Positions 9,619 to 25,283 of a DNA stretch of 32,000 nucleotides are shown piece after piece; the stretch's first letter is position 1, and each line of letters begins with the position of its first letter. This DNA comes from an uncultured Clostridia bacterium (GTDB lineage Bacteria > Bacillota > Clostridia > TANB77 > CAG-508): NCBI GenBank assembly GCA_949280815.1, contig CASDJM010000004.1, positions 15,867 through 47,866 on the forward strand, in the 5' to 3' direction. The position numbers and the translations under genes were made by a program. The notes below the pieces were generated by a model. That model was not told the origin of the DNA, did not search any database, and saw only the letters and a program-made list of their open reading frames with translations.

Positions 9619-10464
9619 CTATTGCCCCATAATCTCAGCTATTTGTAATCTTGCCAAAATAATAATTCGATATTCATCGTCATCTGTACAGCATGACAGT
9701 GTTATCTCTGGTCTATTATTTGTATCTCTTTTTATATAACTTACATCTTCTGCTGTTGTTATAAATTTATTATAAATAGTATATTCCAATCTATTGCCGT
9801 CTAACGTTGTTATATATATTTTGTCTCCTAATCTCAAGTTTTTATTATTAGAAAAAATAGTTCCATTCCTAAAATTATGCCCTACAATTAAATTATTCCC
9901 ATTTTGATTTAACTCCCCTGTTCCATACAATAAACATGGTGCATTGTTCATTCCTTCAACTGTTACTTGATTTAAGATAGGAATATCAACTCCTGTTTGT
10001 GGTATTTCTATTTTTCCAACAGTTAGAAACCCTTTATATTCTGTTAAAATAGAATTTTCTATTTTTTCTGTCGTTTGTTTTATTTCCTTTGTTTCTATTT
10101 CTTCTTTAGTAATATCTTCTTTCTTGTCTTTTGGAGCAATATTTGTTTGTATTTGAACAGATTCTTGTGTTTTCTCCCTCGGTTTTTGTTCTCTCACAGT
10201 TTGTGTCATATCTCGTGAAATTCCTTCACGTTTTTCTTGTATCACCGTTTCTTTTTGCTTATCTTCTATGATTGCTTCTATAGATTCTTGGTAATTCATC
10301 GTTGCTGTTGTCTCAACTACTGGGTTTATACCTACGATTGTTTCTTTTGTTGTACTATCTTTTGTGAAAAAATGGATTAGAGCAACAGTGATATATAAAG
10401 TAAATAATATTACTATACTCATATAAAATGTTGCTACTCTCTTGCTTGTTTTTAACATAAGCAA
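9619..10464 (-). CDS. sortase-family transpeptidase
   Basis: 281 aa. N-terminal membrane anchor, Glu/Lys-rich linker, then a sortase core with LIVGHN...F, the catalytic-Cys motif ITLSCCT, and a downstream Arg (RIIILARL). Confidence 0.8.
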   Translation of the reverse strand: MLMLKTSKRVATFYMSIVILFTLYITVALIHFFTKDSTTKETIVGINPVVETTATMNYQESIEAIIEDKQKETVIQEKREGISRDMTQTVREQKPREKTQESVQIQTNIAPKDKKEDITKEEIETKEIKQTTEKIENSILTEYKGFLTVGKIEIPQTGVDIPILNQVTVEGMNNAPCLLYGTGELNQNGNNLIVGHNFRNGTIFSNNKNLRLGDKIYITTLDGNRLEYTIYNKFITTAEDVSYIKRDTNNRPEITLSCCTDDDEYRIIILARLQIAEIMGQ

Positions 10465-10698
10465 TTTTTCACTCCTTACATTTTATATTAAAACTTTATT
10501 GGATTTTTACACCATTTTTTCCACCGTACATATCTATATTTTACCATTTTATTTTACATAATGCAAGCTTTCTTATGATTTTCCTCTACCTTACACGTAT
10601 TTTTTACTGAATTTATTGAAGTTCCTTTGCTTTTTAGTCTCTGTTATTGTTGGATTAACATTATTTGAAATGCCATTATTATTTTCATTTAATGAAAT

Positions 10699-10738
10699 AA
10701 ACTCTTTCTATTGAATTTTTATCCAATAGGAAGAGTTT
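10699..10738 (-). terminator. putative groEL terminator hairpin
   Basis: Arms AAACTCTTTCTATTG / CAATAGGAAGAGTTT with one mismatch, about 30 nt after the groEL stop. The T-tract is weak. Confidence 0.5.
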
Positions 10739-10769
10739 ACCTTGAAATCTCTTATTCTTTTTGATTCGT

Positions 10770-12444
<1,675 letters not shown>

Positions 12445-12544
12445 TAAAATCATACCATATATTGCCAAAAGATTCATACGCAATACATTCTTGTCTAAAA
12501 TCCACTTTCGCTCAAATAGTAAGAAATCCCTATTGGCAATTTTT

Positions 12545-12862
<318 letters not shown>

Positions 12863-12907
12863 TTAGAAAAACCTATTATTTTCCAAACAATACCTCTATA
12901 AGATTTT

Positions 12908-12934
12908 TTAGCACTCTTGCTAACTGACTGCTAA
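12908..12934 (-). promoter_or_regulatory. CIRCE operator (HrcA binding site)
   Basis: TTAGCACTC-N9-GACTGCTAA against consensus TTAGCACTC-N9-GAGTGCTAA; one mismatch in the right arm. Sits between the promoter and groES. Confidence 0.85.
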
Positions 12935-12935
12935 T

Positions 12936-12964
12936 ACTTTATACCCTTTTTGATTTCTTGTCAA
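12936..12964 (-). promoter_or_regulatory. groESL sigma-A promoter
   Basis: Minus strand: TTGACA (12964-12959), 17-nt spacer, TAAAGT (12941-12936). Alternatively TATAAA with a 15-nt spacer. Abuts CIRCE. Confidence 0.55.
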
Positions 12965-13111
12965 TACCTTTTCTTCTTTTTCACAAAAAATTCACATATT
13001 TCGTTACTACCCAATGTAAATACCTATACAATAACTATATTATTATATTCACTAATTTTTAAGCTATTACTTTTTCTTGCTTTTTCCTAGTAAAGAAGTT
13101 ATAATAAGAGC

Positions 13112-13985
13112 ATGAAAAAATTAATTGTCAATCAAAGATATAATGGAAAAAAATTAAATAAATTCTTATTAGAAAATATCCCAAACCTATCTTCTAATCT
13201 TTTTTATAAAACGTTAAGAAAAAAAGATATTAAAATAAATGGTAAAAGAATTTCTGAGAATATTACGATTCATGAAAATGACGAAATTTGGATATATCTT
13301 GCAGATAATTTGTTAGAACATAATGTTAATTTGGATATTTTATTTGAAGATGAAAATATTTTAATTTTAAACAAGCCTTATAATTTAGAAGTAACTGGTG
13401 AAAACAGCTTAACTACCTTTGTTCATCAAAATTATAAAGATAGCAATTTCAGACCAATGCCTTGTCATCGAATTGACCGAAATACAACTGGACTCATTTT
13501 ATATGCTAAAAATGAAGAATCTTTAGCTCTTTTACTTGATAAATTTAAACAACACGAAATTGAAAAACATTATTTAGCTTGGGTTTATGGTATTCCTCAA
13601 AATGATAATAAAAGGTGCGAAGCTTATTTATTTAAAGATCATAAAAAATCTCGTGTTTATATTTCTAATTCTTGTAAAAAAGGTTATCAGAAAATTATTA
13701 CAACTTATCATGTTTTGGAAAAATATGATAATAATACTTCTTTATTAGATGTAGAAATCGAAACTGGTAAAACACATCAAATTAGAGCTCATCTTGCTCA
13801 TTTAGGGTATCCTATTATTGGCGACCGGAAAATATGGGATGAATGAGATTAATAAAAAGTTTGGTAAAAAATATCAAATGCTTTGCAGTTCTGTTTTGAA
13901 GTTTAATTTTAAAACTAATAGCGGGATTTTAAATTATTTGAATGGTAAGAGCTTTGTTTTAGATAATAACAATGGTGTAAAATAA
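13112..13985 (+). pseudogene. RluA-family (RluC/D-like) pseudouridine synthase, reading frame broken near 13829-13832
   Basis: S4-like N-terminus and the catalytic HRIDRNTTG motif. The track ORF stops at 13846 (GDRKIWDE*). Dropping one A from the run at 13829-13832 restores GDRKYGMNEINKKFGKKYQMLCSSVLKFNF...VK*, ending at 13985. This recovers the family GDxKYG motif. Confidence 0.8.
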
Positions 13986-14165
13986 AGTGCATAAGTTTGC
14001 TACCTTTAACTTACACACTTTATTTTATACTATTATTTTCCTGATTGTTATCCTTATAAAATTCTCAATAAATTTCCATCAACTCAGAATATTTTCCTTC
14101 TTTACGCATCGATAATATAGTCTTTTTCTCCCTCTTCTATCTGACTCACCTTTTCTAAAAATTCT

Positions 14166-15335
14166 CTATATCTCATACCGTGGATTTTTCCCATCATCTT
14201 CTTTCAGCTGTTCTTTAAAATTCTCATAGCATCCGCACACTAAATCTTTCTCATGTTCAAATAACTCCATCAATAAACTCTTTCTTGCTTGCCAATCAAA
14301 CGTTCCATTCATCTTTCTAAAAAACGACACAATTAAATTTTTACAATCTTCACAAGAATAGCATGTTTCTTCCTTTATGTAGGGGTCTTCTTTTTCTCCA
14401 AACCATGAAAATGTAATCAAATTTTTAAAATCATCATTTGATAAAATTTGCTTTGTCACCTCAACTAATCCCCATGGATTAGCTGGTTGATACATTCCAC
14501 TTGTTCGCATATGCTCCATAATTGTATTTTCTTTCACACTCATTAAAAATAAAACGATTTCCGCTTCTGGCAAATTTCTACTAATCGTTTTCACCGAATT
14601 AACAACTGAATCAATTCTCTCTTGTTCACTCATAAACGGAAAACCATAAATCAAATTAATCCCTAAGCTCATTCCATATTTCTGTAACATAGCATACAAT
14701 TCTGTCAATTGTTGATTTTGAATACCCATTTTATGAATTAACTTTCTATTTTCTAGATTCATATCCTCCATACCTATCTCAAATCCTATATGCTTTTTAT
14801 TCTTGTTCATAGTAGCTATCTCTTCTACCAATTGTTGGGATATCTGTGTTAAATGCGTTTCGATTAATATCGTATTAAATTTTCCATCTTCTACTGCCAT
14901 TTTCATAATGTCACTAAAAACTTTTGGATTAAATTCATTTGGGTCTGTAATGCTTCCAAGCGACTCCAACACTAATACATTACCAGCTATTCTTTTTAAC
15001 TCCTTTTGAAAAGCTCTTTTATACTGATTTGGTGTAATCAAACATTGGTCAACTACTCCATAATTACAATTCCAACAGGAACCTGCTCTTTTCATGTTAC
15101 ATCCTAAAGTTTTAAATTGTACTTGTACTACCCTTCTATCACCATATTGATTTTCTCTAATATGAACTATCAAATCATCATGCTTTCTTACATTTTTAAA
15201 AGTATTTGCCTGTAGCTTCCTATCAAAACTAGCAATCTTCTTTAGTGCTTCTGCCTCTTTTTTGTCACGAGTTAAATCCACTTTATATCGCTCATCAAAA
15301 CTTCTCTTCCCTTTTCTACTCATTTTTAATCTCAT
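14166..15335 (-). CDS. radical-SAM-like / Elp3-TIGR01210-type protein (tentative)
   Basis: 389 aa. Cys cluster GCNMKRAGSCWNCNYG (Cx7Cx2C) in a TIM-barrel-like context, plus a C-terminal Cys-rich segment (CYSCEDC...CGC). Family assignment is from memory only. Confidence 0.45.
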   Translation of the reverse strand: MRLKMSRKGKRSFDERYKVDLTRDKKEAEALKKIASFDRKLQANTFKNVRKHDDLIVHIRENQYGDRRVVQVQFKTLGCNMKRAGSCWNCNYGVVDQCLITPNQYKRAFQKELKRIAGNVLVLESLGSITDPNEFNPKVFSDIMKMAVEDGKFNTILIETHLTQISQQLVEEIATMNKNKKHIGFEIGMEDMNLENRKLIHKMGIQNQQLTELYAMLQKYGMSLGINLIYGFPFMSEQERIDSVVNSVKTISRNLPEAEIVLFLMSVKENTIMEHMRTSGMYQPANPWGLVEVTKQILSNDDFKNLITFSWFGEKEDPYIKEETCYSCEDCKNLIVSFFRKMNGTFDWQARKSLLMELFEHEKDLVCGCYENFKEQLKEDDGKNPRYEI

Positions 15336-15377
15336 TCCCTTCTTAAGGTAAAAATATTTTTACAGCCAAAATTATAA

Positions 15378-16014
15378 TTATTTTTCAACCTTCCCACCTA
15401 TTACTAGATATTCTCTTTCATATCTTCCCTTTCTAATAGGATTTTCACTTCTATATCCAAATGCAACACCACAAATAAGTTCTTTATCTTCTAACCCTAA
15501 ATAGCTATTAATCATATCATCTATAAATAAAACATCACAAAGCCAAGTTGTATCAATCCCTAACTCTGTTGCTTTTAATATCATATGCTCTACTGCTGCT
15601 CCGACAAGATAATATATCTGCCTTTATTCGATCAAAATAATAATCATGCATCACTACCATATTTTCAATGTCTTCACCATTTAATAACTTTTTGTTTTCT
15701 TCTATTCGCTCAATATGCTTGGCATCCCATTGATTACTATAAATTAAAATGCAATTCCCAACATTCCTTATCAAATTAGCACTTCTCTTAATTGTGGTTA
15801 CTAAACCTGTGTGATTAATCCAAGCCTCCATTTTGTCTGCAATATAATTCTTTTGTTCATCTGATAAGATATAAAATCTCCATGGTTGCCTATTTTTAGC
15901 AGATGGTGCCATAATTGCACTATCTATAATTTGATTAATCTCTTCATTGCTTACTTTTTTATTGGTATATTTTAGGGTCGTAAGTCTCTTTTGTATCAAT
16001 TCTGAAAATTCCAT
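15378..16014 (-). pseudogene. nitroreductase-family protein split by a frameshift near 15608-15622
   Basis: The two track ORFs (15553-16014 and 15378-15584) are consecutive parts of one nitroreductase. The N-part has SAKNRQPWRF. The second frame reads IYYLVGAAVEHMILKATELGIDTTWL directly after DRIKAD of the first frame. The shift lies in a short TA-repeat stretch. Confidence 0.8.
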
Positions 16015-16181
16015 TTATCTAATTCCTCCTATTGTTATTATACGTTTTTACCCATATTTTTTCCTGACTTTTTTTGTATCATAAAAGTTAGTTTTGTGCT
16101 ATAATGTTATAAGTTTAGTTCTATCACCTCTTTAATAAAAATTACTAGGGCTAAGCAATAGCATTATTAGGAGTAATTGAT

Positions 16182-16991
16182 ATGAATAATCTTGATAAAT
16201 TAAACCATATAATTAAATATATAGAAAATAATTTAACAAATTCAATTGATGGTAAGAAAATCTGCCAAATTTTATGTGTGAACGAATATACAGCCTATAG
16301 AATTTTTAATTTTATAACAGGCATTTCACTTACTGAATACATAAGAAATAGAAGATTAAGCATGGCTGGGCTTGAACTTATCAATTCCGACGTTAAAATA
16401 ATAGATTTAGCTCTAAAATATGGGTATGATTCTCCTATATCATTTTCCAGAGCTTTTAAAAAATTTCATGGAATAAATCCTAGTACAGTAAAACAAGACT
16501 CAAAATATTTAAAAAACTTTCCTCCTCTTACTTTCACTACTGATATCTCATCTAATATGGAACTTGATTTTAGAATACAAAAAGAAAATGAATTAAATTT
16601 TTATAGCATTTCTAAAAAATATGATTTACCAAATATAAAAGTTATGGCTCCTATCTTTTGGAAAAAAACCGAATTAGATAATAAGTATAAAGAAATATTT
16701 AATGATATTACTTTTGGAATTATTGAATATGATAAATTATTCCCTAATCCTAAAACTGCAACTTATCACATAGCTTCCAAGAAGAAATTTGATGGCAGTT
16801 CAAAGTTTATGATTCCAGCATCAACTTGGGCTATATTTAACGTAAAAAATATTTCTGGTGAGGCTATGTCTGATTTGAGTTTTTATGTTTATAAAAATTG
16901 GATTCCCTATTCTGGCTATAATATTAGAAATATTCCTGAATTAGAAGTTTATTATAAAAATCACACTGAATGGTGGTTACCAATAGAATAA
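16182..16991 (+). CDS. AraC-family regulator with a GyrI-like effector-binding C-domain
   Basis: 269 aa. The AraC HTH pair (…YGYDSPISFSRAFKKFHGINPS) is followed by a ~150-aa GyrI/SOUL-like region. Divergent from the nitroreductase / radical-SAM pair. Confidence 0.8.
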   Translation: MNNLDKLNHIIKYIENNLTNSIDGKKICQILCVNEYTAYRIFNFITGISLTEYIRNRRLSMAGLELINSDVKIIDLALKYGYDSPISFSRAFKKFHGINPSTVKQDSKYLKNFPPLTFTTDISSNMELDFRIQKENELNFYSISKKYDLPNIKVMAPIFWKKTELDNKYKEIFNDITFGIIEYDKLFPNPKTATYHIASKKKFDGSSKFMIPASTWAIFNVKNISGEAMSDLSFYVYKNWIPYSGYNIRNIPELEVYYKNHTEWWLPIE

Positions 16992-17253
16992 AAATCAGGT
17001 CTGGATTTTACTTATAATTCCTTTCCTATCGTGCAAAACTAATTTGTTTTATTTCTTTAAATTACGTTTTTCATTATGTTCTTTCTTTTATTTATATTTA
17101 AGGAGTTTAGAAAACTTTCTTATAAAAATAAGAAAAAACTCTTTAGTTTGGTATAATTTAAGTGAAAATCTATGCTGTTCTTTGAATGAAACTATCAGTA
17201 ACAATTATTGTGATTTTGTTAAGAAGGTTTATTAAGTGATGTTTATAATTATG

Positions 17254-17299
17254 AAACTGGTAAAATAATATTATTCGTATACATATTTTACCAGTTTTT
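17254..17299 (+). terminator. strong intrinsic terminator of an orphan short transcript
   Basis: AAACTGGTAAAATA (17254-17267) pairs perfectly with TATTTTACCAGTTT (17284-17297), followed by a T-run. An extended -10 TGGTATAAT (17149-17157) lies about 100 nt upstream. Confidence 0.7.
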
Positions 17300-17352
17300 A
17301 TGAAATCTTTAATTTATTTTTCCAAAAATCGAAACTTAAATTCAAAAAAGTA

Positions 17353-17381
17353 TTGACTTTTATATTAAAATAGTTTATACT
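17353..17381 (+). promoter_or_regulatory. sigma-A promoter of the tRNA pair
   Basis: TTGACT (17353-17358), 17-nt spacer, TATACT (17376-17381), about 30 nt before the first tRNA. Confidence 0.7.
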
Positions 17382-17410
17382 TTAACTTGTGCTAAGTGCT
17401 AATCGAGCAC

Positions 17411-17487
17411 GCTCCCTTAGCTCAGTTGGTCAGAGCAACCGGCTCATAACCGGTGGGTCCAAGGTTCGAATCCTTGAGGGAGCACCA
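17411..17487 (+). tRNA. tRNA with anticodon CAU (elongator Met or lysidine-type Ile2; not initiator)
   Basis: Acceptor GCTCCCT/AGGGAGC, anticodon stem-loop ACCGG-CTCATAA-CCGGT, T-arm CAAGG-TTCGAAT-CCTTG, encoded CCA. G1-C72 is paired, so it is not an initiator. The loop and D-arm resemble Ile2(CAU) tRNAs as I remember them. Confidence 0.85.
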
Positions 17488-17503
17488 TGTTAATTTTATA
17501 TTT

Positions 17504-17589
17504 GGGTAGGTGGCCGAGTGGCTAAAGGCGGCAGACTGTAAATCTGTTCTCATTTGAGTACGAAGGTTCGAATCCTTCCCTGCCCACCA
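17504..17589 (+). tRNA. tRNA-Tyr (anticodon GUA), class II with long variable arm
   Basis: Acceptor GGGTAGG/CCTGCCC (one G-U pair), anticodon loop CTGTAAA, long variable arm, T-arm GAAGG-TTCGAAT-CCTTC, encoded CCA. Confidence 0.9.
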
Positions 17590-17630
17590 ACGACGTATCT
17601 GTTCGAACTTTTTATAGAACAGATAGATAC

Positions 17631-17660
17631 AAAAATCAATCAGAAATGGTTGATTTTTTC
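17631..17660 (+). terminator. terminator after tRNA-Tyr
   Basis: AAAAATCAA / TTGATTTTT stem followed by a T-run. It is preceded by a second hairpin, ATCTGTTC...GAACAGAT (17597-17624). Confidence 0.7.
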
Positions 17661-17696
17661 TTTTGCGAAAAATCATCCTAAATCTATAAAGAAGGG

Positions 17697-17978
17697 ATGG
17701 TGTTTGAAATGAAGATAATTAAGCAAGAACTAGAATTTGAGGAATGTCTAAAACAACGACTTGAATTTATATGTGAGTTTTCTAAAGTTACCCCTATTTT
17801 TATAAATGGTAGCATTAGAAAATTAGAGAAAACTAATCTTACATATATTGAGCCACATAGAGTGATTATTAAAAATATTACTTTTTTAGTTTTTAATTAT
17901 TCTAATGATGTGTATATCACTAACTTAACTAAAAAGATAAAATTATCAGAGTTAGAAGAATATTTTAAAAACATATAA
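17697..17978 (+). CDS. hypothetical 93-aa protein, paralog of 8997-9275
   Basis: Same size, same position (between a tRNA terminator and a large serine recombinase) and shared core motif with the 8997 ORF. The start is ambiguous (ATG 17697 or ATG 17709). Confidence 0.6.
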   Translation: MVFEMKIIKQELEFEECLKQRLEFICEFSKVTPIFINGSIRKLEKTNLTYIEPHRVIIKNITFLVFNYSNDVYITNLTKKIKLSELEEYFKNI

Positions 17979-17989
17979 TTGTAAATATT

Positions 17990-18017
17990 TGACATTTCTT
18001 AAAATCGTAGTATAATA
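17990..18017 (+). promoter_or_regulatory. near-consensus sigma-A promoter upstream of the recombinase leader
   Basis: TTGACA (17990-17995), 16-nt spacer, TATAAT (18012-18017). Confidence 0.7.
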
Positions 18018-18127
18018 TAATCAATAAAAAATTTATATTTGCTCGGCAAGAGCTAGATATATGAGTACTTTGAAAAAAATTATATTATATTGCATTATTA
18101 TATTTTAGTTTATAATAGATGGATTTT

Positions 18128-20113
<1,986 letters not shown>

Positions 20114-20340
20114 TTGTTGCAACTATATAAAAATAATCTACTATGTTGCAACAACAAATTAACGAGAACAAATTTGTATTTGCGATTAGCAAATATAAAT
20201 TTTGTAGCGAGTTAATTTGATAAATTTTAGCTCTGTGAGATAAAATTTATTGCCTCGCAGAGCCCCCATGTTATGATAGTATGTCATAACATATAGGGGA
20301 GAACGATTTAGTTAAGTACACTAAAATGTTCTCCCTATAA
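20114..20340. other. cluster of five consecutive stem-loops between two convergent recombinase genes
   Basis: Five stem-loops in order. (1) TTGTTGCAAC...GTTGCAACAA. (2) A ~28-bp imperfect hairpin, AAATTAAC..ACAAATTTGTATTTGC / GCAAATATAAATTTTGT..GTTAATTT. (3) CTCTGTGAG...CTCGCAGAG. (4) ATGTTATGA...TCATAACAT. (5) TAGGGGAGAACGATTT...AAAATGTTCTCCCTA. Confidence 0.7.
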
Positions 20341-20352
20341 AATAGCTTTAAA
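20310..20352. repeat. block i: sequence between the TnpX-like recombinase stop and the last hairpin loop; inverted copy at 28716-28733
   Basis: agttaagtacact (20310-20322) is the exact reverse complement of agtgtacttaact (28721-28733). ctttaaa (20346-20352) is the reverse complement of tttaaag (28716-28722). Confidence 0.65.
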
Positions 20353-22024
<1,672 letters not shown>

Positions 22025-22038
22025 TTACTCCTTTCTTT

Positions 22039-22085
22039 AGACAGCTTGAAATACGATATAAAATTATAGCTACTTTCAAGTAGTG
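22039..22085. repeat. block ii: conserved ~45-nt segment upstream of the recombinase; inverted copy at 28648-28689
   Basis: Reverse complement reads CACTACTT-gaaagtag-CTATAATTTTATATC-gtatttca-AGCTGTCT. The copy at 28648-28689 reads CACTACTT-ttagaa-CTATAATTTTATATC-ttttt-AGCTGTCT. The block contains the perfect palindrome CTACTT-TC-AAGTAG (22070-22083). Confidence 0.7.
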
Positions 22086-22130
22086 TTTATAATATACCAT
22101 ATTTCAAACTAAAAATTCAATACAAAAATA

Positions 22131-23841
<1,711 letters not shown>

Positions 23842-24008
23842 TTTGGCTTCGCCAAATCAAAATAATATTTTATCACTTCCGTTCAAATATTATTTTGACT
23901 ACTGAAAAATTTTTCTGCTACCTAGCATAAAATTTTTTCAGTATCTTTTTGCTATGCGTTGTAAGAATATAGAGCAAATACCTATATAGTCTTTTTTAAC
24001 ATAACAAA

Positions 24009-24098
24009 AAGACCGATTAGGCACAACAAATAAAACTACCAATATTGCAATTTTTTTGCAAAGTAGTGAGTTTTACTTGAAACATGCTAATCGGTCTT
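24009..24098. other. 90-nt compound stem-loop (candidate single-strand origin or structured RNA)
   Basis: AAGACCGATTAG (24009-24020) pairs perfectly with CTAATCGGTCTT (24087-24098). Inner pairings are AAAACTAC/GTAG..TTTT and TTGC-AATTTTTTT-GCAA. Confidence 0.5.
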
Positions 24099-24336
24099 AA
24101 CCACTGCTGGACATTTTACATACTATTCATTCTAAACCAGCCAAAATATATTTCACCGCATTGGGTTAATAAGTTTCCTACAAACCTTAATTCTCTATGT
24201 CTCGGAAGTGGGAGAATAACTTATTGTATCCCTTATTAACCAGTGTTTCGTGTCTATTAATTTTTCAGTGTACTATAAAATACATATATTATATATCATC
24301 TTTTTATGTAAATGTCAATAAAATTTGGATTTTTAG

Positions 24337-24365
24337 TTGTAAAAATACGGATTTATTGATATAAT
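24337..24365 (+). promoter_or_regulatory. promoter of the cargo operon
   Basis: TTGTAA (24337-24342), 17-nt spacer, TATAAT (24360-24365) with an upstream TG (extended -10). Confidence 0.55.
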
Positions 24366-24390
24366 TCAGTAGTATAAATGATTATTAGAG

Positions 24391-25266
24391 GTGGTAATTG
24401 TGATAAATAAAAATGATATATTTGAATTAGGAATAGGAACTTGGAAAATAGATTATGAAAATATTAAGAATGATATGCAATCATTAATTCATTCATATAA
24501 TCTAGGACAAAACTATTTGTCTTTATCTATGCTTTATAATAATGGAGAAGTTGTTAGACAATTAAAGAGATTTATAAATAAAGTAGATAGAGATAAATTG
24601 TTTATTGCTACAAATTTAGAGCCAACTATTGAGTGTAGAGATGATATAGAAAAGCAATTAAATGAGTATTTACAAATTCTAGATATAGAATATGTTGATA
24701 TGCTTCAATTACATAAACCTTCATTTTCAAAAATTCCTTTAATAGATGTTTATAAAGAGATACAAAGATTAGTAAATTTAGGAAAAGTAAAATATATTGG
24801 GATTAGTAATGCGAGCCTAGAACAATTATCTTTAATAAATAAAGAAATTAAAATTGACTTTTTCGAGGGAATATATAATTTAGAGTGTAAAATATATGAA
24901 GATATAAAAGTTTTAGACTATTGTGATAAAAATGATATAAAGTTTCTGTGCTATCAACCATTAAGAAGAAATAGAACAGCTAAAAGAAATTATCCTTTAT
25001 TAGTTGAATTAGCAAGTAAATATGATAAAACACAAAACCAAATTATACTTAACTGGATAATAAATGAAAAGAAAATGATAGCATTAGTAAAATCGACCAA
25101 TATTAATAGGATTAATGAAAATAAACAAGCATTAGATTTCAAAATGGATATAGAAGATTATGAAAGATTAAATAATTTTAGAAGTGAAGAATTTGATAAT
25201 GTAAAAGTAGATTGGGATGACAATGGTGGCATTTCAATAGACCAATTAGCAAATCAATTTGAGTAA
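24391..25266 (+). CDS. aldo/keto-reductase-fold protein with a degenerate catalytic tetrad
   Basis: AKR landmarks LGIGTWK, EYVDMLQLHKP and YIGISNA. Aligned by eye to DkgA-type AKRs, the Asp-Tyr-Lys-His tetrad reads Ser-Tyr-Asn-His (LSLSMLY, FIATNL). The likely start is the GTG at 24400, 5 nt after AGAGGTGG. Confidence 0.7.
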   Translation: MVIVINKNDIFELGIGTWKIDYENIKNDMQSLIHSYNLGQNYLSLSMLYNNGEVVRQLKRFINKVDRDKLFIATNLEPTIECRDDIEKQLNEYLQILDIEYVDMLQLHKPSFSKIPLIDVYKEIQRLVNLGKVKYIGISNASLEQLSLINKEIKIDFFEGIYNLECKIYEDIKVLDYCDKNDIKFLCYQPLRRNRTAKRNYPLLVELASKYDKTQNQIILNWIINEKKMIALVKSTNINRINENKQALDFKMDIEDYERLNNFRSEEFDNVKVDWDDNGGISIDQLANQFE

Positions 25267-25283
25267 AAGAAAGTAGGTAAATA

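Noticed and set aside
17422-17676. 84-aa minus-strand ORF
   Set aside because: It overlaps two well-folding tRNA genes and their terminators, so it is a translation artefact.
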